Of a DNA stretch of 12,316 nucleotides, positions 1-7,009 are shown in pieces. The translations under genes and the position numbers were made by a program. Numbering within the stretch: the stretch's first letter is position 1; every line of letters starts with the position of its first letter. The stretch lies in the UHGV virus genome UHGV-0059442, one strand, 5' to 3'. Origin of the DNA: a virus. The notes under the pieces were generated by a model. That model saw nothing but the letters and a program-made list of their open reading frames with translations. It did not search any database and was not told the DNA's origin.

Positions 1-49
1 GCGTCCATCTTGCCTGTCGCCATCTTGAAATCATGCAAAGAGGTTTCAC

Positions 50-532
50 ATGGAAGAACTTCACTTTGTTTACATCAATGCAAATGGTCGTATCGGAGTT
101 CACTCAATACAGAGCATCAGTTATAGCGAAAATCATATACAGGGCATTTGTAAGAACACCGATCGAATAAAAACCTTCCGAAAAGACCGCATTCTTAAAC
201 AGTACGATTCACCAGAACAAGCCATTCAGGAATGCGCGTCATTCCTCCCCGAAAACTACTCACACCTCACTAAGCAGTCTGGTCCGAAAAAAAATACATT
301 CGATGTGTGTTTCACCGGATTTAAGAAAGCAGATAAAGAAAGATTGGTTGATAAGGCGAATGAACAAGGATTAACGGTAAGAACCTCTGTAACCCAAAGC
401 CTTCAGATGCTCTGTTGCGGTTACAATGCAGGCCCATCAAAAGTATCGGCAGCCAGGATGAAAGGCACAATCATCATAGATGAGCCTGGCTTTATACATT
501 TTCTTGAAACGGGTGAGATCCCAGATGAATAA
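50..532 (+). CDS. Hypothetical two-domain protein: N-terminal WYL-like domain, C-terminal BRCT-like domain
   Basis: Complete 160-aa ORF; in-frame stop at 26-28 upstream; AAGAGG Shine-Dalgarno about 7 nt before ATG at 50. N-terminal segment FVYINANGRIGVHSIQSISYSENHIQGICKNTDRIKTFRKDRI fits the WYL-domain pattern ending in R-x-FR-x-DRI. C-terminal segment FDVCFTGFKKADKERLVDKANEQGLTVRTSVTQSLQMLCCGYNAGPSKVSAARMKGTIIIDEPGFIHFL resembles a BRCT fold as found at the C-terminus of NAD-dependent DNA ligases. Noticeably lower GC than the adjacent phage late genes. Confidence 0.5.
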   Translation: MEELHFVYINANGRIGVHSIQSISYSENHIQGICKNTDRIKTFRKDRILKQYDSPEQAIQECASFLPENYSHLTKQSGPKKNTFDVCFTGFKKADKERLVDKANEQGLTVRTSVTQSLQMLCCGYNAGPSKVSAARMKGTIIIDEPGFIHFLETGEIPDE

Positions 533-558
533 AAACCTGCCGTAGCAGGTTCTCTTTC
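533..558. terminator. Putative bidirectional intrinsic terminator between converging ORF 50..532 and ogr
   Basis: Hairpin ACCTGC (535-540) / loop CGTA / GCAGGT (545-550), preceded by a run of A (531-534, giving a U-tract on the minus strand just after the ogr stop at 559) and followed by T-rich TCTCTTTCTC on the plus strand. Confidence 0.5.
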
Positions 559-777
559 TCAAAAATTCATATGCCCCTGACCACCTGGCAATGGATGTGG
601 AGGAGCAGTAGCAATCAGTGCGGGTGTCACAATAAACCGGACCACTGTTTCATGGGTAACAAAAGTGCTCCCGCAGTTAATATTTTGGCACTGGCAGTAA
701 CGCTCTTTGGTGCTTTCAGTTACTTGAAAACTGCTCCTTGTGTGTGCCGCATGACCACACTTTGGACAATTCATCAT
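559..777 (-). CDS. ogr: Ogr/Delta-family zinc-finger late-gene transcriptional activator
   Basis: Translation from the internal Met (MMNCPKCGHAAHTRSS...TKERYCQCQNINCGSTFVTHE...PHPLPGGQ) is about 72 aa with the C-x2-C...C-x4-C arrangement and strong resemblance to P2 Ogr; the 87-aa ORF in the track is an N-terminal over-extension. Putative SD (AGGGA) upstream of ATG at 777. Confidence 0.85.
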   Translation of the reverse strand: MMNCPKCGHAAHTRSSFQVTESTKERYCQCQNINCGSTFVTHETVVRFIVTPALIATAPPHPLPGGQGHMNF

Positions 778-845
778 ATCCAGATCCCTACCTTTGCTAT
801 CAGAATCATTGTAATGATACACAAAATATCAATATTGAGAACACT

Positions 846-1250
846 TCATTCCATTTCAAGATCATCAATCTTCACTTCGAGTTCAATACTGGTCGTAAAA
901 CCATTATTCAGCGTTTCCCGAAAATCAGCACTTCGCGCCCGGATAGTCAGGCGGTCCGGTGCGCCAGTGTGTTCAATCTCGTCCACTGTGAATGCCCCTT
1001 TCGGGAAAAGCGGCTGCCCCTTCCAGCCCAGCGCCAGCGTAATAACCGCACCACGGCGCGGCAGCACGATTTTTCCGTCAGCGTCATCCAGCTCCAGATC
1101 AAGCTGGTCCGCTTCAAAGCCCCGGTTATCCGTCAGCGTCAAACTCATCAGGCGGTTATCCAGCACAGTGGTGATATCCCTGCCCTCAATACTGATGCTG
1201 AATGCGGGAGTTTTGTTGCCTTTGTTAAGCAGTTCAGAGCTGAAATTCAC
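846..1250 (-). pseudogene. D: Tail protein D (late control gene D family) remnant, only 134 aa; probable internal in-frame deletion
   Basis: N-terminal ~115 aa carry the gpD-family signature (TDNRGFEADQLDLELDD...PRRGA...LGW.G...G.FTVDEIEHTGAPDRLTIRARSADF); the last ~18 aa (GFTTSIELEVKIDDLEME) look like a D-protein acidic C-terminus. Full-length P2-type D proteins are close to 390 aa. GTG start at 1250 overlaps the U stop (GTGA). Confidence 0.7.
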
Positions 1251-1426
1251 GACAGCAGCCCTCCCACCGTTTTACTGATATCGCTTAAGGCAGACGTTGC
1301 CGTGTCCTGCAGATTATTCAGTTGCGCACTGAGATCACCGAACATATCGGACAGGGATTCATCCACTCGTTTGAGCGACAGGGTGAACTCAATCCGGCGC
1401 GGCATACCGTCCCGGATAGAGAAAAA
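1247..1426 (-). pseudogene. U: Tail protein U, C-terminal fragment only
   Basis: PFFSIRDGMPRRIEFTLSLKRVDESLSDMFGDLSAQLNNLQ... matches the C-terminal part of P2-type gpU (the ...RKIDFTLSLTRVDESL... region); the N-terminal two thirds are absent and the frame upstream runs into the J reading frame. Confidence 0.65.
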
Positions 1427-2087
1427 TGGTGGCTTCCACACGGTACGGGATGATTTCTGCACTGCGAACCGTCAGACGGTCAGCCACCGGGCGGACGTTC
1501 TCACTGTTCAGGGCTTTTTCCACCACATCCAGCAGGTCTTTTTCTGCTGTTCCGTCGCCTTCGCGGCTAAGGACTGTCAGCACCACCTCTGCAGGTGCCG
1601 GACTGGTTGCACTGGCATCCGCCACCCGACCGTCGGCGCTTCGGGCATGAAATTCATAAGCTGCAGTTGGCCCCGCAACTGAAAGCCCCTCAAAGGCTGC
1701 AGGCACACGCAGGCGTAACGCTTCATCGCTTTCCATCACAGCTGCAACGGGCGGCACAGCGTCATCATCAGCAGGCGTCACCGTCAGGCGTTTCACGTTG
1801 TAGTTGGCAGCGAGCTGGTCCAGATCGCCGCCCATCGCGTAAGCCACCATCACCGCCTGCGCGGCTTCGTTAATGCGCTGGCGCAGAAGCAACTCACGGT
1901 AAGCGTTCTCCTGCAGCAATTTGGTGACGGGTTCAGATTCCAGTTCCAGCGTGCGGATCACAGCCTCCTGCTCATCTTTCGGATGAAGCGCCACAAATTC
2001 TGCCTTGCGTTCGGCAAGCAGCGTCTCAAAGTCCGGCACATCCACAATCTGCGGCGCAGGCAACTGCGAAAGGTCAATCACTGCCAT
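1389..2087 (-). pseudogene. J: Baseplate assembly protein J, N-terminal ~225 aa only (truncated)
   Basis: MAVIDLSQLPAPQIVDVPDFETLLAERKAEFVALHP...LESEPVTKLLQENAYRELLLRQRINEAAQAVM matches gpJ N-terminus; the ORF stops at 1389 after about 232 aa whereas gpJ is about 300 aa; start ATG at 2087 overlaps the W 3' end. Confidence 0.8.
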
Positions 2088-2433
2088 TCTCTGCTCCTGT
2101 TGATACGGAAAGGGACACAGGCACACCGTTATTCCGCCGCCCGGTCAGCTCCACCACCATTGAACCGTCAAAATTGCTGTTGATGGTGATGGAATCCAGC
2201 GTCAGCCGTGGCTCCCAGCGACTCAGTGCCACATACACAGCCGACATGACCTGCAGGCGTAACGCCGGATTTTGTGGCTGATCTATTAAAGCCGACAGCA
2301 GGGAACCATATTCCCGGCGGGCAATGCGGCTACCCTGCGGTGTCAGCAGAATGTCCCGCACCGACTGGCGCAGATGGTCAATATCAGTAATAGCTTTACC
2401 GCTGGTATTGTTCATCCCGCTATAAAGCGTCAT
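2074..2433 (-). CDS. W: Baseplate wedge protein W (GPW/gp25 family)
   Basis: 119 aa; ...DIDHLRQSVRDILLTPQGSRIARREYGSLLSALIDQPQNPA...RWEPR... is typical of gpW/gp25 lysozyme-like baseplate proteins; ATGA overlap with the V stop. Confidence 0.85.
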   Translation of the reverse strand: MTLYSGMNNTSGKAITDIDHLRQSVRDILLTPQGSRIARREYGSLLSALIDQPQNPALRLQVMSAVYVALSRWEPRLTLDSITINSNFDGSMVVELTGRRNNGVPVSLSVSTGAENGSD

Positions 2434-3008
2434 ACCGGACCTCCGGTGGTATCGCCGCCTTTCAGGACGCCAGTATGCTGATGCGCATCAACCACGATCC
2501 CGTTAGAACTCATCGCTCCGCCGCCCTGGGTAACGCCACCATTGATCACCACTTCGCTGTTAATGCGCGTGCGGTCAGCCTCCAGTACAAACTCACTGGT
2601 TTTCATGGTGATGTTGTCAGCGGCCTCAATGACCATTGATTTGATGCCCCTGACATACCAGCGCCCACTGGCGGGTTCGTATTCAAACCAGCCACCGTCA
2701 GGATGTTCTGTCACGCAGGCGTCCGCCGACGTCGACGGTGGTGCGAACTGATTCGAATAGACAGCGGGCAGCGCAAAGGCCGTCTCCAGATTGCCGCCCA
2801 GACTCAGCAGCACCACCTGCTCACCTTCCGATGGTTTCCACCATGTGCGGGCATTACCCGCGCGCAGCGTCAGCCAGTTAATCCAGTTGGTTTCAAGGTC
2901 GCCCGTTTTCACCCGGCAAAGCCAGTTTTCCCGGTCCACTTCGGTGACTACACCAGTGCGGATCAGGTTGGTGATAAGGCGCATGATTTCGGTTAATTGT
3001 GCGTTCAT
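2430..3008 (-). CDS. V: Baseplate spike/assembly protein V
   Basis: 192 aa; N-terminus MNAQLTEIMRLITNLIRTGVVTEVD...WINWLTLRAGNARTWWKPSEGEQV and C-terminal HTGV...GGDTTGGPV resemble P2 gpV. Confidence 0.85.
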   Translation of the reverse strand: MNAQLTEIMRLITNLIRTGVVTEVDRENWLCRVKTGDLETNWINWLTLRAGNARTWWKPSEGEQVVLLSLGGNLETAFALPAVYSNQFAPPSTSADACVTEHPDGGWFEYEPASGRWYVRGIKSMVIEAADNITMKTSEFVLEADRTRINSEVVINGGVTQGGGAMSSNGIVVDAHQHTGVLKGGDTTGGPV

Positions 3009-3054
3009 AGGGAAAGGTTGCCATCAGGGGAAGAAAGGCGGCAGTGCTGCAACT

Positions 3055-3072
3055 TGTATCAGTGCTGATACA
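3055..3072 (-). promoter_or_regulatory. Candidate Ogr-dependent late promoter element (TGT-N12-ACA dyad) upstream of V
   Basis: TGT (3055-3057) - 12 nt ATCAGTGCTGAT - ACA (3070-3072), embedded in the near-perfect palindrome TTGTATCAG TG CTGATACAA, located in the S-V intergenic gap directly upstream of the V start. Confidence 0.5.
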
Positions 3073-3076
3073 AAGA

Positions 3077-3523
3077 TCATCCCGCCAGCCATTGCAGAAT
3101 CATGTCGCGGGTCATTGCCTCAACATCATCATTTACACCCAGCAGGCGGCGCTCTGCGTAACGGACCTCCGGTCCTTTGCGACTGACGCGATCACGCAGG
3201 CCGTAATGGTGAACACGGGCAATACGCTGCACCTTGCCTTCAAACTGTACGCTGGCAGAGTCGGCGCTGGCGGCAGTTTTCAGGTATTTTGTGGTGCGCA
3301 ACTTTGCAAACATCTGACGTTTGATGCGGCCTTTCTTGCTGCGTGCTGTTACCCTGCGCGGTTCATAACTGCTGCCATCTGGATTGCGCTGCATCCTGAT
3401 ATTCTGCTGCTGTGTCCGGCGCAGTTCCTGCGCCAGCTGGCGCATCATGCGGCTTCTCGTGGCTGGTTCCAGATTCGCCAGCAAGGCACTCAGCCAGTCG
3501 TCCACCTTCTGCAGTTCAGCCAC
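3077..3523 (-). CDS. S: Tail completion / virion morphogenesis protein S
   Basis: 148 aa; position between R and V and the MAELQKVDDWLSALLANLEPATRSRMMRQLAQELRRTQQ... pattern fit the gpS family. Apparent GTG start at 3523, 4 nt after the R stop. Confidence 0.75.
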   Translation of the reverse strand: MAELQKVDDWLSALLANLEPATRSRMMRQLAQELRRTQQQNIRMQRNPDGSSYEPRRVTARSKKGRIKRQMFAKLRTTKYLKTAASADSASVQFEGKVQRIARVHHYGLRDRVSRKGPEVRYAERRLLGVNDDVEAMTRDMILQWLAG

Positions 3524-3947
3524 GTTTCACCGTCCACATTTCTTCAGGTGCATCAGGTTCCGCTATAGCTTCAACGCTCGACACACTGCCGTCAGTGCTG
3601 ACCAGCACACGTTCCGTCAGTTGCAGGTTCAGGCTGATATCACAGACATCGTTGCGCAGAATATCCACCTCAAAGGTGAATAGCTTTTCCCGTAACGCCG
3701 GGTTATTGATGGCATCGGGCTGGTTATCCCTCAGCCACAGCAAAACCGGGGCCATCAGCAGATTCTGGTCGCCGCTGAAATCCTCAATCACCGCGTTCAG
3801 TGTGTAACGGTACTCCCACGACATGGAGCTGGCCCCCGTGGCAACCAGCGAACCGTTATCCACAAACAGATGCAGTTTGTCCGGGTTATTGCGGACATAA
3901 GGCACCGCTTTATTGAGGGCGTGGCGCAGGGATTGTGGTTTGTTCAC
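3516..3947 (-). CDS. R: Tail completion protein R
   Basis: ...KPQSLRHALNKAVPYVRNNPDKLHLFVDNGS...YRYTLNAVIEDFSGD...PVLLWLRDNQPD resembles P2 gpR; I place the start at the GTG at 3947, preceded by an AGGAG SD, rather than the upstream start at 3968. Confidence 0.75.
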   Translation of the reverse strand: MNKPQSLRHALNKAVPYVRNNPDKLHLFVDNGSLVATGASSMSWEYRYTLNAVIEDFSGDQNLLMAPVLLWLRDNQPDAINNPALREKLFTFEVDILRNDVCDISLNLQLTERVLVSTDGSVSSVEAIAEPDAPEEMWTVKRG

Positions 3948-4200
3948 TGTTTCGCTCCTGACACGCAATAATCATGTCCACTTTGTCTGCACAGACCGCC
4001 CAGGCGGCCTCCGTTTCATCCAGCAACGCGTTCAGGCCACCGTTAGTGCGCGGCGCTGCCTGTCCCAGCCGACACGGCGTCACTCGCGGACAACCACTGA
4101 CGGTAAGCTGCACCTCCGGTGAGTGTGGGGCGTTCCCGCAGCCGGATAATGTCAGCAGGCAAAGGTGTATCAGCCCAGCGGCGTAAATCCTCGTTCTCAC
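3910..4200 (-). CDS. lysC: Outer-membrane lipoprotein spanin (Rz1-like), embedded out of frame in lysB and overlapping R
   Basis: Signal peptide with lipobox (MRTRIYAAGLIHLCLLTLSGC), Pro-rich mature part; nested in the +1 frame of lysB and extending into R exactly as P2 lysC does. Start uncertain (apparent GTG at 4200). Confidence 0.65.
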   Translation of the reverse strand: MRTRIYAAGLIHLCLLTLSGCGNAPHSPEVQLTVSGCPRVTPCRLGQAAPRTNGGLNALLDETEAAWAVCADKVDMIIACQERNSEQTTIPAPRPQ

Positions 4201-4471
4201 GTTTCAGTTCCTCAATCCGGTGTTGTCGTTGTCTCAGCAGTACACTGGTCTGTTCTGCTTCGGCATAGAGCCGCGCCTGCTCCCGGTTATTGGTTTCAGT
4301 CAGAATGGACAGGCTGATAAGCTGGCTATTGCTCTTTGCCAGTGCCTGGCTTTTGCTCTGCAGCTCGTCTGCCTGCGTGCTGATGGTCTGGCTGGCATCA
4401 GCCAGCCGCCACGTCTGCCAGCCCAGCGCCGCCAGTAATAACGCCAGCACAACCAGCAGCAACCGGTTCAT
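4043..4471 (-). CDS. lysB: Inner-membrane spanin (Rz-like)
   Basis: 142 aa; N-terminal transmembrane helix (MNRLLLVVLALLLAALGWQTW) followed by coiled-coil-like, Q/E/R-rich periplasmic domain; position immediately upstream of R with lysC embedded. Confidence 0.8.
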   Translation of the reverse strand: MNRLLLVVLALLLAALGWQTWRLADASQTISTQADELQSKSQALAKSNSQLISLSILTETNNREQARLYAEAEQTSVLLRQRQHRIEELKRENEDLRRWADTPLPADIIRLRERPTLTGGAAYRQWLSASDAVSAGTGSAAH

Positions 4472-4575
4472 GCTGATACCTGTTGCGCCATCTGATTACG
4501 GGTGATCCAGAAGGCAATAACGGTCAGTAGATAAAAGACCAGGGTAATAGCCCACCCCGTCCAGCGCCAATCGCT
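4471..4575 (-). pseudogene. Remnant 3' end of the gene preceding lysB (lysA-like membrane protein), ~33 codons
   Basis: Reading the minus strand in the frame whose TGA overlaps the lysB ATG (ATGA) gives ...DWRWTGWAITLVFYLLTVIAFWITRNQMAQQVSA*, a hydrophobic helix tail. The frame is closed by a stop about 35 codons upstream and there is no start, so only a C-terminal stub remains. Confidence 0.4.
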
Positions 4576-5084
4576 TTATGCAGACGCGCCCGTGACTGGT
4601 CCGGCATATCCAGACCGTCTGTCAGCTCCAGCGTCTGCAACAACAGATCGGCATCAAAGCCGGTGGCGGCAAGCATTGCGCTCTGCGCGGCGTCTGCCAT
4701 TTCCTCTGCCAGCACGGTCTGCACGTTGCGGTTACCCAGCGGCATCACCCAGCCATGACGCAGGGCATGACGCCCGATCTCCAGCGCCCCGGCATAATCT
4801 CCGGCATCAATGCGCCACAGCATCACGTACATCAGCACGTCATCCTGTTGAGCGCCTCCGGCAGCCAGGACACCCTCTGCCCAGGCGGCGTACTTCGGCA
4901 GCAGCTCCACCTTGATTTCCGCTTTTTTGACCGTGGACTGAACGCCCTTGAGACGGCGGCGGTCTTCCGCCAGTTGCAGCAGCATCAGGTCATAGCCCGA
5001 TGCGTGGCGAACACTGCCGCCCTCGCGGGCGGCCTGTTCAGCCTGAACGCGCAGGCGATGCTGCCGTGCGGGACTCAGGCTCAT
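4524..5084 (-). pseudogene. M: Terminase endonuclease (small) subunit M, C-terminally truncated
   Basis: MSLSPARQHRLRVQAEQAAREGG...LLPKYAAWAEGVLAAGGAQQDDVLMYVMLWRIDAGDYAGALEIGRHALRHG... matches P2 gpM over about 175 aa, then ends in a non-matching tail (...GRGGLLPWSFIY*) at 186 aa; P2 gpM is about 250 aa. Confidence 0.8.
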
Positions 5085-5087
5085 GGA

Positions 5088-6146
5088 TTACGCTCCGGTT
5101 TCGGCTGCGGCGGCGCTGAAATCACCAATCTGGATGTTTTCCACCAGTGCGGCGCAGCGGTAGTCCTCAACCACATAGGCTTCATTAACGGATTCAAAGT
5201 TTTCAATCCGGTCACGTTTCGGGTTGTCGATAACTGAACGGCGGCGGGTGTCTTCCTGCCAGTAGATGGACAGGTTATCCAGACGGGTGATCAGCAGCGC
5301 ATTCGGCGGGAAGAACGGCGCACGCACGGCCTGCAGGCCACCCATGCGTTTCTGGCTGATGATCATATCGGCAGCCAGTTTTTCACTGTTTTCCTGCTCT
5401 TTGTTGACCAGCGGGAAATACTTGTCAGACAACAGTTCACGACCGCAAATCACCACCAGATCGTCATCGTCCTGGTAAACCACGTCGATAAGCTCATTGA
5501 CGGCATCCATCACCACAGCGTCCAGGTTGGCATATTCGCCACCTTTCCCGACTTTCACCGCACCCGGAGTGGTTTCACCGCCCGTGGTGGTGCTGCCCAT
5601 GACGTGATCCGGTGCATCCTCACGGATTTTCTGCAGCCAGCCTTTGTTCACATCCTGCAGCAGCGGGTTTTCGCTACGGTTGGAGGTTTTCGCACGCTTC
5701 ACGCCGTTAAAGCCGATCATGATGCGGTCCAGTGCCTGACGTTTCACGATGGCGTCACGGATGCGCACCTGGAAATCCTGAAACTTCGCCCACAGATCCA
5801 GCTTCGCGTAGGTCAGCACCGTGTCAAAGTTGGTCTGCTCGCATTTATATTCCACATCGACCATCAGGGTCGGATCGACGGGTTCACGCTCTTTCGCGGT
5901 GGTGTCAGTGGTTCCGGCAATGGTGCTGCCAACACCCAGCCCCAGCAGCTGACCGGACTGCTCAGTCACTGGCGTGACGTTAATCAGCGTCAGGAAAGCG
6001 GCGGACTGCTGGATCTGGTCCTCCAGCGTCTGCTGCACAGACGGCTCCACAGTGAATTTGCTGGACAGTTCTTCAACTGCCACACCGTTCAGACGCGCCA
6101 GCTGCTGCAGGTAAGCGTTAAAAGCAAAGCGGGTATTCTTCTTCAT
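5088..6146 (-). CDS. N: Major capsid protein N
   Basis: 352 aa, size and sequence typical of P2 gpN; immediately downstream of O, with its stop 3 nt before the M start. Confidence 0.9.
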   Translation of the reverse strand: MKKNTRFAFNAYLQQLARLNGVAVEELSSKFTVEPSVQQTLEDQIQQSAAFLTLINVTPVTEQSGQLLGLGVGSTIAGTTDTTAKEREPVDPTLMVDVEYKCEQTNFDTVLTYAKLDLWAKFQDFQVRIRDAIVKRQALDRIMIGFNGVKRAKTSNRSENPLLQDVNKGWLQKIREDAPDHVMGSTTTGGETTPGAVKVGKGGEYANLDAVVMDAVNELIDVVYQDDDDLVVICGRELLSDKYFPLVNKEQENSEKLAADMIISQKRMGGLQAVRAPFFPPNALLITRLDNLSIYWQEDTRRRSVIDNPKRDRIENFESVNEAYVVEDYRCAALVENIQIGDFSAAAAETGA

Positions 6147-6162
6147 CGGGTTTTGTGCTCCA

Positions 6163-6996
6163 TCAGCAATTGGTCAGAGTGTCAGCGGGGGCGTTACCGC
6201 CTGTTGCACGCTGGCGGTAGTCCTGGCGGCTGTCTACATGACTCAGCTTATTCACCAGTTCGTTAAAGGCGGTCTGCTGTGCCTGCAGGGCAGTCTCCAG
6301 CTCAGACAGACGTTCTTCCTGCTCAGACAGGGATTTTTCGGTGCGTGCGCTCAGGTTCTGCTGCTCAGTGGCGACCAGCTCCACGGCCTTATGCACATCA
6401 GAGAACCGGGCGTCATCGGACTGCTCTTTTTTGGTAAACAGCGCCGTGACGCGGGCAAACAGGGACGGTTTGTCGTCCTGGACTTCTTCCAGTTCGATCA
6501 CCGTTTCCTCTGCGGCGGTAAAGAGATTGGCGGGATTCTGCTTGCGGTTTGCCAGCGGGTTATGGGCTGCACTGGCGCTGAATGTCAGCATTTCAGTGCC
6601 CAGACTGGCAGGGTCATCAGTGGCAGCCAGGCCGACCAGGTAGGCTTTGCCCGTATCAGCGAACTTCGGGCTGACTTCCATAGAGGTGAATAATTTCTGG
6701 CCTTTTTTCACCAGCTCCACCAGGGACTCCGTTGGCTCAACGTCGGCATACAGCGCCATCTTGCCTGCCAGCGGACCTTCCGTGATTTCTTCAGCAAACA
6801 GCGCCGTCACCTTGCCGTAGCGGTTAAAGGTGCTGTCCGGCAGATAAGACTTGATGTGCTCAAGGTTAATCAGCGCGGTATACACCGCCGGGTTATAGCT
6901 GGCTGCCATCTGTTCCAGCCATTCACGCTGGATTTCGCGTCCGTCGGTGGTGGCACCTTCCACCCCGATGCGAAAACGCTTTGCTTTCACTGTCAT
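6163..6996 (-). CDS. O: Capsid scaffolding protein O
   Basis: 277 aa; FRIGVEGATTDGREI...INLEH...YLVGLAATDDPASLGTE...SDDARFSDVH...ATGG...TNC closely resembles P2 gpO; GGAG SD about 9 nt upstream of ATG at 6996. Confidence 0.9.
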   Translation of the reverse strand: MTVKAKRFRIGVEGATTDGREIQREWLEQMAASYNPAVYTALINLEHIKSYLPDSTFNRYGKVTALFAEEITEGPLAGKMALYADVEPTESLVELVKKGQKLFTSMEVSPKFADTGKAYLVGLAATDDPASLGTEMLTFSASAAHNPLANRKQNPANLFTAAEETVIELEEVQDDKPSLFARVTALFTKKEQSDDARFSDVHKAVELVATEQQNLSARTEKSLSEQEERLSELETALQAQQTAFNELVNKLSHVDSRQDYRQRATGGNAPADTLTNC

Positions 6997-7009
6997 GAGC
7001 CGTGCTCCG

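Noticed and set aside
778-822. The 15-codon N-terminal extension of the ogr ORF (87-aa version)
   Set aside because: Ogr-family proteins are about 72 aa and begin just before the first Cys pair; the internal Met at 777 gives the expected length and has an upstream SD.
1389-1462. Possible programmed ribosomal frameshift between the overlapping J-frame and U-frame ORFs
   Set aside because: J and U are not neighbours in P2-family genomes and the known programmed frameshift is in E/E', which is absent here; a deletion junction explains the overlap better.
571-1682. Long plus-strand ORFs (571..1278, 738..1682, 1426..1650, 1595..1873) overlapping the ogr-D-U-J region
   Set aside because: They lie antisense to clearly recognisable phage genes in GC-rich sequence, have Ser/Arg/Pro-rich low-complexity translations and no recognisable family or start signals; typical shadow ORFs.
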